Virus record (IMG/VR): IMGVR_UViG_3300045988_147897
Reading direction: 5' to 3' (one strand)
Origin: a virus
Length of the DNA stretch: 38,892 nt
Shown: positions 18,249 through 27,172 of the stretch, piece by piece
Layout: each line of letters opens with the position of its first letter
Numbering within the stretch: the first letter of the stretch is position 1
Program-made: the position numbers and the translations under genes
Notes under the pieces: model-generated
Told to the model about the DNA's origin: nothing
The model's database searches: none
Seen by the model: only the letters and a program-made list of their open reading frames with translations

Positions 18249-19599
18249 GGGCGGCGTCCGTCTCGTCGGTCAGCGCGGGGGTGGTCTTTTCCAGGAGTCG
18301 CAGGAGGTCGGGGTCTGTTTCCTCCTCGCGCAGGTAGGCGCGCTCCGTGGCCTTGCGGGCGTCATCCCAGCCCAGCTCATCCCAGGCACCCTCGCGGCTA
18401 ATGAGGGGCTTGCCGCCCGCGAGCTTCTGCAACGCATCCGCTTTTTGGCTAAACGTGGGCGTCGCCGGGTCATGCCAGGCCACATTCACGGCGCCCATGG
18501 GGACCGTGTGGCCCATGATGCGCGCGGCGATTGTGAGCGCACGGGACAGGGCCGCGCCACACTCAGCGTTGACCCGCTCCACACGCTTCACCAACTTCGA
18601 TTCCTCAGCGCGAATCGCGCCCTCAGCGGGCGGGTTCGTGGTGATGAGGCCGAAATAGCGGGCCGGGAAGCCGGTCAGCGAGGCGGCGAGCTTCCCGTAC
18701 AGCTCAATCGTGCTGTGAAAATTGCTCAGCTCGCCGGGGGCAAGCTGCGTGACCTTCGCGCCCGCGTTCTGCAGGGCCACAAACGGGTTGAGATAATTCG
18801 TCCACGCGGACGGGTCCGCGAAGTCGCTGCGCTTGGCGCCCATGATGATTCGCTTCGGCACCGCGTTCGTCTCCAAAGCGGCTTGCATCTGGGTAATCGC
18901 GCGAGCGGCCGCGTCGGTGACACCCATGATGTCGTCCATCTCCGAGTGGCCGGTCGTTTCACCCGTCATCTGGCGATTGAAAGACGGAATGACGGGGACG
19001 ATGCCGAGCCGGTGCTCGTCACGGTCCACGATGCGCCACGCGCCGCCCACCGTCGCATAGGTGGTGGTGGCGTTCGGCGTGTAGATCGTCGCGTAGCGCG
19101 TCTGCGTGCCGTCGGCGGCCTGGTCGGTGACAATGCGCACCGCGTGCGTGATTGTCTTGCGGCGATAGTCGTACTTGACAGTCATTTGGCGGGGAGACTC
19201 CACGCAAATGATCGGATAATCGCCCTCGGCGTCGCCCACACCGACGGACAAGTAAGCCCGCCCGTAAATGAGACGGTCTCTCTTCCACTTGCACAGCTCG
19301 GCGTCGAGATCGTTCGCGTCGATCATGGCGCGCAGATCCTCAGCGACTTCAGGGTGTGCGGGGACCATGATCCCGCGCACGTCCTGCCGCTCCTCGATGG
19401 TGTCGACAACTACCCTAGGCCAGTTGACGACGGTCTCGAGGGTGCGCAGAGACGGTGGCAGCGCCAGACCAAGGTGCTGAAGGGTCTGCCTTCCCTCGTA
19501 ATAGGCGCGGTGCTTGCGGTCGTCGGGTGCCGTGAGGTTCAGGGCGTTCTCAGCGTCGGCGAGCAGGCGTGCTTCGTCGCGGGTGATCTGGTCAGTCAT
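18223..19599 (-). CDS. portal protein
   Basis: 458-aa protein directly downstream of the large terminase gene; typical size and order. Confidence 0.75.
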   Translation of the reverse strand: MTDQITRDEARLLADAENALNLTAPDDRKHRAYYEGRQTLQHLGLALPPSLRTLETVVNWPRVVVDTIEERQDVRGIMVPAHPEVAEDLRAMIDANDLDAELCKWKRDRLIYGRAYLSVGVGDAEGDYPIICVESPRQMTVKYDYRRKTITHAVRIVTDQAADGTQTRYATIYTPNATTTYATVGGAWRIVDRDEHRLGIVPVIPSFNRQMTGETTGHSEMDDIMGVTDAAARAITQMQAALETNAVPKRIIMGAKRSDFADPSAWTNYLNPFVALQNAGAKVTQLAPGELSNFHSTIELYGKLAASLTGFPARYFGLITTNPPAEGAIRAEESKLVKRVERVNAECGAALSRALTIAARIMGHTVPMGAVNVAWHDPATPTFSQKADALQKLAGGKPLISREGAWDELGWDDARKATERAYLREEETDPDLLRLLEKTTPALTDETDAAHGFDPARD

Positions 19600-19614
19600 A
19601 AGGGTGCGTGTCCT

Positions 19615-21255
19615 TTACCATGCGAAGCTGATAGCGCCGCCGGCCTCCCAGCCTTCGGCGTGCTCATCCGCCGCGGCCTCGTGCGCGAGAATGTCGGCCA
19701 TGAGCACGTCGATCTTCATGTGCTCGGCGGGCTTGCCGAGGATGAACTTGTCGCCGGGCTTGGCGACCTTGCGGGCGTGAAGTGCGCACAGCTTCGCGGT
19801 CTCATCCGGGGTGTGGGTGGTTAGGCCTTCGGCGAGGTCCTCACGGAAACGCACCAGCGCCGCGAACATGCGGGTAATCGAGTTCGTCGGCCACTGCACG
19901 ACCACGTAATCGCCGTACAGCTGTTCCCAGTGGTCGATCTGGGTCTCCCAGTGGCGCGGGTCGCAGTAGAACCGCTGAACCGTGTAGCGGTCCATGAGTT
20001 CGGCGACCGCCGCGTCCACCTCGCCCCTTGGGATGCGGCCCTCGGGCCACTCCTCCGGGTTCCACACGGTAGGCCGCTGATCCGGCCCGTACGTGGGGGT
20101 GAATCGTAGGCCGTCGACGGTTTCGGCGCGGATCGCCGTCCAGTCACCAGACCGCGAACCGTCAAACCCGAGCGTGATCTCGCACCCCGGCTCGGGCTGG
20201 GTCTCGCGTGTCTGGCGATCCCAGACCTTCTCGGTGAGATACGACCCCTTGCCTTGCACAAGCCGGTTGCCGAAGAAGCGCTCGGCCTGGGTGGGGTCGG
20301 TTTCCATGAGTTCGTCGACCTCGGCGTCGATCGCCTTCGGGTCGACCCACGGGGACGAGGCGTACACGAAGCGGTGAATCTTGGAGCGATCCGCCTTCTT
20401 CGTGTAATCCCAGTCGAGCGGGGGCCTTTCGTAAAACTTGAAGATGTCGCGCGCCCGGCTCTGGTAGGCCTGCTGCGCCGCTGAATCTTCCATCGGATCC
20501 CACGGGTTCGTGAGCTCAATCGTGCGGCCTTGCATACCGGCGACGGCGCGGCGGATCGTTTGCCAGGTGTTGAGCACGCCCGACTGAGGCGTATACAGGC
20601 CCGACTCATCCGCGATAGCGCAGGTGAAGGGCTGGCCGAGCTTTGACCTGGCCGCCGACGTGACGGGCACGATCTTGCCTTCATTCGGGAGACGTACGAA
20701 ACCCTCACGGACGCGCACGAAGTCTCCGAGCGGGCCGCTCTTAATCATGGCCTGCAACGGCTCGTACACGTTGCGGGTCTGGTCCTCAGCGAAGGCCAGG
20801 AGGGCAATCAGGCTTTTATCGCGCGGGCGGCCCATGGCTTCGCCCGCCTCGTACCAATACTCCCAGCCGCACCCGCACCCGTGGTCTGAGCACCTGTATA
20901 CGTCGCCGTCGCGCGCCCACCCGGCGAACATTGCGGGTCCGACGCCTTCCGCGAGCGCAACCGCCGCCGCGAGCGGCGACTTACCCGACTTCTGAGGCCC
21001 AACCCACAGGCTACGGCGGTAGGCGAAGGGCTCCACCAGGCGATGCGGGTCAGGCTTCGCGGTCGCCTTGACGCGGTAATGGTTCGCGTTGCAAAACAAC
21101 TGCCACCCATTCAGCACGAGCGGTTGATTGAAGTAGACGCCAGACGGGACGAGGCAGTGGGCTTCGACCCAGTCCGAGATCAGAAAACCCAGCGTGTGGA
21201 GCGGGTTGAAGTCTAGGGCGAGCGGGGGCGGCGCGTACTCGTCATGCGCCATCAC
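19615..21255 (-). CDS. terminase large subunit
   Basis: Walker A motif GPQKSGKS; 546 aa; overlaps the end of the small terminase gene. Confidence 0.85.
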   Translation of the reverse strand: MMAHDEYAPPPLALDFNPLHTLGFLISDWVEAHCLVPSGVYFNQPLVLNGWQLFCNANHYRVKATAKPDPHRLVEPFAYRRSLWVGPQKSGKSPLAAAVALAEGVGPAMFAGWARDGDVYRCSDHGCGCGWEYWYEAGEAMGRPRDKSLIALLAFAEDQTRNVYEPLQAMIKSGPLGDFVRVREGFVRLPNEGKIVPVTSAARSKLGQPFTCAIADESGLYTPQSGVLNTWQTIRRAVAGMQGRTIELTNPWDPMEDSAAQQAYQSRARDIFKFYERPPLDWDYTKKADRSKIHRFVYASSPWVDPKAIDAEVDELMETDPTQAERFFGNRLVQGKGSYLTEKVWDRQTRETQPEPGCEITLGFDGSRSGDWTAIRAETVDGLRFTPTYGPDQRPTVWNPEEWPEGRIPRGEVDAAVAELMDRYTVQRFYCDPRHWETQIDHWEQLYGDYVVVQWPTNSITRMFAALVRFREDLAEGLTTHTPDETAKLCALHARKVAKPGDKFILGKPAEHMKIDVLMADILAHEAAADEHAEGWEAGGAISFAW

Positions 21256-21787
21256 TGCCGCCGTCGACGACGGTCATACCAGCGAGACGAGCGCGGGAAG
21301 AGCGGCGACGCTGTGGCCGCTCGGCGGTCTCAGCTTCGGCGGCGGGTGCCCCGGTCGTGATCTGCCACTGGTGCAGGGCGAGGCCAGAGGCGGTGAGGCC
21401 GATCTGGTCGGCCAAGCGCAGGAGCGCGGTCTTGTCACCGGCCTTCGCGCCTTCTTCCTCGCAGGTGACGGCCAAGCGCACCCACTGAGCGACGTTGTAG
21501 GTCATCCACGGCTGTTCGCGCCACACCTCAGATTGCGGCTGTCGCCACGCCCACTCCCACAGTTCGAGTTCACGCTTCCAACGTAGCTCGGTTGCCAGCT
21601 TGCGGAAGCGGCGCCCGCCGTTGGGCAGGGTTTCCCAGAGCTGCATGGGGGGCATGGCGAACTCGGGGACGGTCGCGGTTGCGGGTACGCCGCCGAGCTG
21701 TCGGAAGTTAATGCCGCGTGCGTCGCTTCGGGCACTGTTGGGGTTGACGGGCGGCCCACTTCGGGCGCGCGCTCCACCGGAAGGCAT
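21242..21787 (-). CDS. terminase small subunit (P27-like position between HNH and the large terminase)
   Basis: ATG with GAGGAG RBS; HNH-small terminase-large terminase gene order. Confidence 0.45.
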   Translation of the reverse strand: MPSGGARARSGPPVNPNSARSDARGINFRQLGGVPATATVPEFAMPPMQLWETLPNGGRRFRKLATELRWKRELELWEWAWRQPQSEVWREQPWMTYNVAQWVRLAVTCEEEGAKAGDKTALLRLADQIGLTASGLALHQWQITTGAPAAEAETAERPQRRRSSRARLAGMTVVDGGSDGA

Positions 21788-21961
21788 GGTCGGTCTCCTC
21801 GCTGGCCGGCGTCGCGCCTGCCTGCAGGGCCACCTCGGCGTCGCGCCGGGCGGCTTTTTCGGTTTCGGGCGGGTGGTTTTGAACCCTCCGCGCTTTTTAC
21901 ATCCCTCACCGGCGGTCTGACGGGGCCCCGGTCGGGGCCACCCCCCTGGGGGGTGTACGCG
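21788..21961. other. non-coding region between the HNH and small terminase genes: candidate cos/packaging site with phased A-tracts and GC palindromes (GGCCCCGGTCGGGGCC, CACCCCCCTGGGGGGTG)
   Basis: 174-bp intergenic stretch in the HNH-terminase context; minus strand shows TAAAAAGCG and CGAAAAAGCC about 34 bp apart. Confidence 0.3.
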
Positions 21962-22309
21962 TCAGTCCGTTTCGGTTCGGTCGTATTTGTGCGCCACTTT
22001 GCCTGCGGCGCTGCGATTGCAAAAACGATGTTCAGGCCCGCGAATGATCGAACGATCGTCGTCATCGTGACCAAGATCGAACGGCTCGCCGGCCTTGATG
22101 GGTTGGCCGCACCGCCAGCATGTGGCCTGGCCGGCTTCGACGAGGCGGGCGGCCCGTGCCCGGGCGGCCCGGTAGTGGCGGTCGTATCCGCGTGCGGTTG
22201 AGTAGCCTCGTTGCTGTTCGTGCTCGCGGTTGTGGGTGGGGCATAGGCGGGGGCCGGGGTGTGGGATGAGGGCGGGGCAGTTCGGGTGTGAGCAGCGGCG
22301 GCGGGCCAT
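21962..22309 (-). CDS. HNH endonuclease
   Basis: Motif CSHPNC...CPTHN...DLGHDDDDRS...EHRFCN; internal ATG (MARRRCSHPNC) with GAGGA RBS; the N-terminal 73 aa of the ORF-track ORF are a junk extension. Confidence 0.75.
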   Translation of the reverse strand: MARRRCSHPNCPALIPHPGPRLCPTHNREHEQQRGYSTARGYDRHYRAARARAARLVEAGQATCWRCGQPIKAGEPFDLGHDDDDRSIIRGPEHRFCNRSAAGKVAHKYDRTETD

Positions 22310-22460
22310 GGTCTGTGTCCTCGCGGCGTGGGCTGGGCGGGCGGGCGTTGCGGTGTCGTGTTGCTCGCGCGGTTGTGTGCCCGTCGTTGGGCTTGTGGTC
22401 TGCGCTGCTTGGCGTGTGCCGTGGTCTGCACCCCTGCGTGTGGGTGGTAGGTGATACGCA

Positions 22461-22494
22461 AGACCCCCGACCTGGTGGCTGAGGTCGGGGGTCT
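22461..22494. terminator. hairpin AGACCCCCGACCT-N8-AGGTCGGGGGTCT at the early/late operon boundary
   Basis: Perfect 13-bp stem in the 265-bp gap between the HTH gene and the HNH gene. Confidence 0.5.
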
Positions 22495-22575
22495 TGGTAT
22501 CGATCAGGAGGCCGGGTAGCCGTGGCACACTACACCCGCTTCGTGTGTGACACTACCACACTTACGCGTTATCCG

Positions 22576-22947
22576 CTACTCGGTATCTGCGCGTGTCGCG
22601 ACCTGGTCGCGGTGGGCTTTCTGTAGCTTGGTGGTGGCTTTGACGGCGGCGGCGAGGTCGCCGTCGATGGTGGCATCCATAGTGTCGCGGCGTTCCATGA
22701 GCTTGACGACGACGCCTACGGTCTCGGGGTCGCCTTGGGATGCGAGGGGCCATAGGGCGGCGCTCATCTTGTCGAGGCGGCGGGCTTCGACGTCGGGGTC
22801 GTAGTCGCGGGGGTCTTGCTTCTTCCCGGCTTTGATGAGGGCCTTCACGTCCTTGACGGTGGTGTCGAGCATGTCGGCGATCTTGGCGACGCTGAGGCCA
22901 GCGGTGGCGAGGTCGAGGGCGCGCAATGCCAGGTCGGTGTCAGTCAC
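22576..22947 (-). CDS. HTH DNA-binding protein (123 aa); possible late-gene regulator
   Basis: HTH-like segment GLSVAKIADMLDTTVKDVKALI; last gene before the early/late terminator. Confidence 0.5.
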   Translation of the reverse strand: MTDTDLALRALDLATAGLSVAKIADMLDTTVKDVKALIKAGKKQDPRDYDPDVEARRLDKMSAALWPLASQGDPETVGVVVKLMERRDTMDATIDGDLAAAVKATTKLQKAHRDQVATRADTE

Positions 22948-23407
22948 GGTGCGCCCTTTCTACTGCGTATGCCGCCGCGCGGTGGGCAATGTTCTCGACG
23001 ACCAGACCGGGGAGCGGTTCGGGCACGTGGTTGATCTTGCACTTGCGTCGCCACTCGATAGTGTCGTCGTCGTGGACCCATATCAGGCCGATTGATGAGT
23101 CAATGACAGGGCTTGTGTCAATGAGTCCTTCGGGCACGGCATACAGGAAGCGGTGTGTGACGCGCTTCCAAGGGCGGATCTTCGCCCAGGTTTCGCGCTT
23201 CGCATCGGCCTTATCGACCTTGATTTCGATTGCTGTCCTGATCTGCTTGTCGATCATGAGGGCGTCGATGCGTCGCTTTAGGGAGTCGTGGCCTTCGGGA
23301 GCGTAGAGGTTTGCGAGCTCGTGCTCGTCGCTGATGGTCAGTTCGGGCACGATAGCCGCTGTTGGCCAGGCCTTACGTAGAGCATTCAGGATGTCGTCGG
23401 CGTTCAT
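22940..23407 (-). CDS. putative PD-(D/E)XK-family nuclease (155 aa)
   Basis: Internal ATG (MNADDILNAL) in an ATGA overlap with the upstream stop; D...EIK motif (IDALMI...AIEIKVDK); the upstream 125 aa of the ORF-track ORF are Arg/Pro/His junk. Confidence 0.4.
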   Translation of the reverse strand: MNADDILNALRKAWPTAAIVPELTISDEHELANLYAPEGHDSLKRRIDALMIDKQIRTAIEIKVDKADAKRETWAKIRPWKRVTHRFLYAVPEGLIDTSPVIDSSIGLIWVHDDDTIEWRRKCKINHVPEPLPGLVVENIAHRAAAYAVERAHRD

Positions 23408-24147
23408 GCTGCGCCCTGTTCGCGGTCGAGGCGGTCGTGGACGGCGCACACCTGGTAGAGGGGCCCAGGCTGTATTGGCACGTGGCCTCGGTGTGCCCAC
23501 TGGCGGAGCCGGTCGTGGGAGAGGGTGGGGAAGGCGTTGTGGAGGGTTGCCCAGTCCACATAGATTGCGGGGTTGCGGGTGTTTCGGAGTACGTCGTTCA
23601 ATGCGACTTTTCGGGTCATTGCTTGGTCTTCCTTGTCTTGGTACCACCTGTCGCAGCGTTCGCAGGAGCCGTGTTCGGGGATGCCGTGAGGGGTGGGGTC
23701 TGTGGTGATTGCGCCGCCGCAATTCGGGCAGGTGCCGATGGTGGCGGGGGTGTGGCCGGTGGCTCGCGCGAGGATGTGCCACGTGTCGGCGATCGTCTCG
23801 GCGAGGGCTTCCCAGTCGGCGGCGTGGTCCTGCGCCCAGTCCACGGTGCCGATCAGGTAGGGGAGCGTGGACCGGCGCGCGGGGGCTGGTTCGTGGCGTT
23901 CGTCGGCGAGCTGCATCGCCCAGGGGTGGAGGATGTCGAGCACGCCGCGGCTGGTTCGGATTCCGGCGGGGCCGTCGTCGGTTGTGTCGAGGACGGCGGC
24001 GAGGCGGTAGGGGAGACCCGTGCCGTTGCCGCTGTGGCCGCCTGATGTGGGGCGGGGGGAGTGCAGGCCGGTCGCGGTGTGGGCAGCTGTGTCGAGGGCG
24101 GGTAGCCAGGCGGCGATCTGTGCGAGCATCTGCGTGGGTGTGGGCAT
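23404..24147 (-). CDS. hypothetical Zn-finger protein (CPNCGG...CERCD)
   Basis: ORF-track ORF with RBS GGAAGGGAGA; two CxxC pairs. Confidence 0.45.
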   Translation of the reverse strand: MPTPTQMLAQIAAWLPALDTAAHTATGLHSPRPTSGGHSGNGTGLPYRLAAVLDTTDDGPAGIRTSRGVLDILHPWAMQLADERHEPAPARRSTLPYLIGTVDWAQDHAADWEALAETIADTWHILARATGHTPATIGTCPNCGGAITTDPTPHGIPEHGSCERCDRWYQDKEDQAMTRKVALNDVLRNTRNPAIYVDWATLHNAFPTLSHDRLRQWAHRGHVPIQPGPLYQVCAVHDRLDREQGAA

Positions 24148-24190
24148 TGGCGGGGGTCTCCCTTCCGATTTTAGAGGGGGGGTGTGGGGA

Positions 24191-24661
24191 TTAAAACGGG
24201 GGGTCGGTGGGCATGGGTTGGTTGGCCCATGGGGTGCCGCCTCCGGGCTGGCCGGTGGGGTTGCCGGGGGCGGGGGCGGGGGCGGGGCCGCGCTGGTCCT
24301 GGTACTGACGGCGGGCGGCTGTCGATCCCAGGAAACGCGGGTTGAGGATCTCGAGGGCTTCGTGACGCTGCCCGTCCTTGCCGGTGAATTCAGCCTTGGC
24401 GATCACGCCACTGACGGCGACCTGGTCGCCCTTCCGGCATGTCTCTGCGACCCAGGAGTACCGTTCGCCCCACAGGGCGGCGCGCACCCACAGGGGGGCG
24501 CCTGCGTCCTCCCAGTCGCCCGTGGGCTTGCCGTCCTGGCCCTTGCGCTGCCTGCGCGGGGTCGCGCAGATGCGCAGTTCGGTGACCTGTTGGCCGCCCT
24601 GGGTCCAGCGGACCTCGGGGTCGGCGCCCAGGTTGCCGGTGATCGTTGCTTCGATTGCCAT
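24191..24661 (-). CDS. ssb: single-stranded DNA-binding protein
   Basis: N-terminal OB-fold sequence MAIEATITGNLGADPEVRW...LWVRAALWGERY...VAVSGVI, Gly/Pro/Gln-rich tail, C-terminus DPPF. Confidence 0.8.
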   Translation of the reverse strand: MAIEATITGNLGADPEVRWTQGGQQVTELRICATPRRQRKGQDGKPTGDWEDAGAPLWVRAALWGERYSWVAETCRKGDQVAVSGVIAKAEFTGKDGQRHEALEILNPRFLGSTAARRQYQDQRGPAPAPAPGNPTGQPGGGTPWANQPMPTDPPF

Positions 24662-24830
24662 GGTTGATGTGTCCTTTTTGTTGATTTCACGCCGTTTGTG
24701 GGGCGTGGGCTGGTTGGTGTGGGGCCGCGAGCGCTGTTAACCGTCCGTCGGGTCGATTCGCTGTGCGGCGTTTTGCGGGCCTTTCAGACCGTCGGGTGGG
24801 TGTGGGTACCGCCGGGGGGCTGTTCGCCCG

Positions 24831-25313
24831 TCAGCGGCCCGTCCCGGGGGCGTGGCGGGGTGTTGCTGCGTCGAGCATGGCCTGCCACTCTGGCGGCGGG
24901 GGCTGGGAGGGCAGTTCGCGGGGCTCTCGGGGCGTGCGCTGAATGGCGTGCCAGGCTCGGGCGTCGGCCTGCGTGGCGTCGCAGCCAGCGCGGATGGCGC
25001 GGATCTGGGCTTTCTTCCACGCCGCCCAGTCGCCGGGGCTGTCGGCGAGCTCGTCGGGCGGCCCGGGCAGGCCCATGCGGACGGCGGTTTCGAGCCTGGC
25101 CTTGCCGAGGGCGCGCCACCTGCGATTGATGTCCGCCGGCATGACCCAGGCGCGCTCGTCTCGGTAGTGCTCGCCCACGATGCGCAGCGCGTCCTGCAGG
25201 GGCATGTCCCGGTCGAGGGCTTCGGCCCATGCGAGCGCGGCTGCCTGGTCGGGCTGGCGGTTGTCGAACGCGGCGGCCTTGGCGAGGACCTGCGCGGCTT
25301 CGGTGCGGTTCAT
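24831..25313 (-). CDS. hypothetical replication-module protein (160 aa)
   Basis: ATGA-coupled to the replication initiator gene; no motif recognised. Confidence 0.4.
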   Translation of the reverse strand: MNRTEAAQVLAKAAAFDNRQPDQAAALAWAEALDRDMPLQDALRIVGEHYRDERAWVMPADINRRWRALGKARLETAVRMGLPGPPDELADSPGDWAAWKKAQIRAIRAGCDATQADARAWHAIQRTPREPRELPSQPPPPEWQAMLDAATPRHAPGTGR

Positions 25314-26227
25314 GCTGCGCCTCCTTCGATGGCGATCAAGCTGGGCGGGCTGGCGGGCTGGTGGTTTGGGTCGAGGCTCTCAGCGAGGGCGAGCCAGCCG
25401 TTGACGCGGTCGCTGGTTGTGGCGCGCGGGGCGGGGCCGCGTGCGGGTTGGTGGGCTTGTTCCTGGCACCGCCTGGCCCAGTTGCGCCAGGTGGCTGCCC
25501 AGTCGGTTTTGCGGCCCTTGGCGCCGGGCTGCGCGGTCCAGTAGTCGCGGAAGCGTTCGACCTCGAGGAGGTTCGCCGCGGCGGGCGCGTTGGTTCGGGT
25601 CCAGTCCGCGATGGCCTGGTCAGGCTGCCACCCGTCGGGCAACCGCGTGCCCCGGGCCTTCGATGACTTTGAGGCTGGCTTGGTGTTCGCGGTTGCCGGT
25701 GCCGCGTCAGCGGCGACGGTCTGAGTCTCAGCGCTCGCGGACTCGGCGGCTTCGGTTTCGTGAGAGGGGCCTAAAAGGGTGTGCTTCCCTGTTCCCTGTT
25801 CCCTGTTCCCTGTTCCCTGTTCCGGGAGTGAGCCCTCAGTGAGTGTGCAGTGAGGACTCAGTGAGGCCTCAGTGAGTGTGCAGTTTTCGGCGTTGTACTG
25901 CGGGAAACGCGGTTTTGACGGGCGGTTGATTTTCTGGTGCTTGTCCCAGCTGTTGATTTGCAGGTATTTGCGTCCGTCGGGGCCCTCATAACGGGTAATT
26001 AGACCCTGTTGTGAGAGGCGCATGAGGCCTCCGTGAGTCCTCAGTGAGGCCTCAGTGAATGTGTCGAGAGGGTACAGGTCGCACTGAATGAGTTGGGGCT
26101 CGTCGCGGCCCACGCCGTTGTCCTCGACGTACGACCACAGGCCGATAAATAGGAGCCTGTCCTCGATGCTCAGGGCGGCTATGTCCTCGCTGCGCCAGAA
26201 TTCTGGCTTGATGGTTCGGATGCGCAC
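25310..26227 (-). CDS. putative replication initiator / replisome organiser (N-terminal winged-helix-like domain MRIRTIKPEFWRSEDIAALSIEDRLLFIGLW); carries internal iterons
   Basis: Conserved N-terminal phage replication-protein-like motif; internal DNA repeats and an AT-richer spacer (see the iteron and repeat features below). Confidence 0.5.
   Translation of the reverse strand: MRIRTIKPEFWRSEDIAALSIEDRLLFIGLWSYVEDNGVGRDEPQLIQCDLYPLDTFTEASLRTHGGLMRLSQQGLITRYEGPDGRKYLQINSWDKHQKINRPSKPRFPQYNAENCTLTEASLSPHCTLTEGSLPEQGTGNREQGTGKHTLLGPSHETEAAESASAETQTVAADAAPATANTKPASKSSKARGTRLPDGWQPDQAIADWTRTNAPAAANLLEVERFRDYWTAQPGAKGRKTDWAATWRNWARRCQEQAHQPARGPAPRATTSDRVNGWLALAESLDPNHQPASPPSLIAIEGGAA
25787..25821. 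repeat. (CCCTGTT)x5 perfect heptanucleotide tandem repeat inside the replication initiator gene (encodes EQGTGNR-EQGTGK on the minus strand)
   Basis: Read directly from the sequence; the unit length is not a multiple of 3. Confidence 0.9.
25835..26059. promoter_or_regulatory. candidate origin of replication: two clusters of CTCAGTGAG(G) iterons (4 copies at 25835..25876, 3 copies at 26029..26059) flanking a roughly 150-bp AT-richer spacer, all inside the initiator gene
   Basis: Repeated 9-10-mers read directly; lambda-O-like ori-within-initiator architecture. Confidence 0.45.
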
Positions 26228-26239
26228 GGCTGTTACCTC

Positions 26240-26578
26240 CTAGTCTGTAGGCCTTGCGGCGGCTCGTTCCTGGATTTCATGCCACTTGCCGATCCATGTC
26301 ACCCAAGGCGTCATGCTGACAGAGTCGTCGTTCTTGGTGATGAGGCCGTAGCGTTCGCAAATGTTCACGCGTTGCATTGCGTCGTGGATGCCGAGGCGGT
26401 TGACGGCGACTTCGAGGGGGATGACGCCGTCGGTTTCGGGGTGTGCGGCGCACCAGGCGAGGGCGCGAACGTACCAGAGTTCGGCGTCGGGGCCGACGGC
26501 GATAATGGCCGGGTCGTCGTAGTAGGCGGCAGCGAGCGCAGCGTAGCGGCCTGGCCGCTTGAAGCCGGTGTGTGCCAT
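26240..26578 (-). CDS. hypothetical protein (112 aa)
   Basis: Internal ATG (MAHTGFKRPG); the N-terminal 29 aa of the ORF-track ORF are Arg-rich junk overlapping the previous gene. Confidence 0.45.
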   Translation of the reverse strand: MAHTGFKRPGRYAALAAAYYDDPAIIAVGPDAELWYVRALAWCAAHPETDGVIPLEVAVNRLGIHDAMQRVNICERYGLITKNDDSVSMTPWVTWIGKWHEIQERAAARPTD

Positions 26579-26769
26579 TAGTTTGTCCTTTCGTCTGGCT
26601 CTATGCGGATCTCTATTTGCTGGTAGGCGGCGACTGTGAAGCCGCTGATGTCGGCGATCACCCAACCGGCGGGGATGGTCTGTAGCGCTTCGATGAGCTC
26701 GTCAGGGGCGATTCGTGCGCCGTGTTCGATACGGATTGTGAGTAGCTCGGTGCGGCTGGCGCTAAGCAT
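26578..26769 (-). CDS. small paralog 5 of the tandem family (about 63 aa)
   Basis: Shares a beta-strand/D.P/helix/P.A.I/...I.I.(Y/E) pattern with the four genes downstream (higher coordinates). Confidence 0.35.
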   Translation of the reverse strand: MLSASRTELLTIRIEHGARIAPDELIEALQTIPAGWVIADISGFTVAAYQQIEIRIEPDERTN

Positions 26770-26959
26770 CTTCGGCCTTCCGCTTCGGCTGCGTGTAGTA
26801 GGTGATATCAACGCACGTGCTGTATCCGCGTGATACGGCGTCGATGGTGAGGATGCGGGCCGTGAGGGGCAGGGCGTTGATTTCCTGGGCGAGCTGTGCG
26901 GGGCTGATGCCGAACGCGGCGTTGAAGCTGACGCGCTTCGTGTCGATCTTCCGGGGCAT
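26762..26959 (-). CDS. small paralog 4 of the tandem family (65 aa, C-terminus TCVDITYY)
   Basis: TAATG overlap with the stop of 26959..27168; conserved C-terminal motif. Confidence 0.45.
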   Translation of the reverse strand: MPRKIDTKRVSFNAAFGISPAQLAQEINALPLTARILTIDAVSRGYSTCVDITYYTQPKRKAEDA

Positions 26960-27168
26960 TACTTGTCCTCCCACGGCATTACGGTGGTGTAGAAGATGTC
27001 GACGCGGCGCGTTGGAATCGGCCCGTCATCTTCGGTGATGCGCATTTCGACGATGTCCGAGAAGGCGGGCATTTGATCGAGTATGTGTTTCACGGTGTCC
27101 GGGAGAATTGGCATGTCCTCGGTGATGGTGAATGCCGCGTAGTGGTCCGGTTTGCGTGTGCGGGGCAT
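26959..27168 (-). CDS. small paralog 3 of the tandem family (69 aa, C-terminus RRVDIFYT)
   Basis: ORF-track ORF; conserved motif. Confidence 0.5.
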   Translation of the reverse strand: MPRTRKPDHYAAFTITEDMPILPDTVKHILDQMPAFSDIVEMRITEDDGPIPTRRVDIFYTTVMPWEDK

Positions 27169-27172
27169 GTCA

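Noticed and set aside
22521-22561. CACACTACAC / CACTACCACAC / GTGTGTGACAC motifs upstream of the HTH gene as a regulatory palindrome
   Set aside because: The repeats are short and imperfect. They could be chance CA-rich sequence and cannot be distinguished without binding data.
25787-26059. CRISPR-like repeats (CCCTGTT tandem units and CTCAGTGAG repeats)
   Set aside because: The units are 7-10 bp with no unique spacers of CRISPR size, and they lie inside a coding gene. They are better explained as iterons and a tandem repeat.
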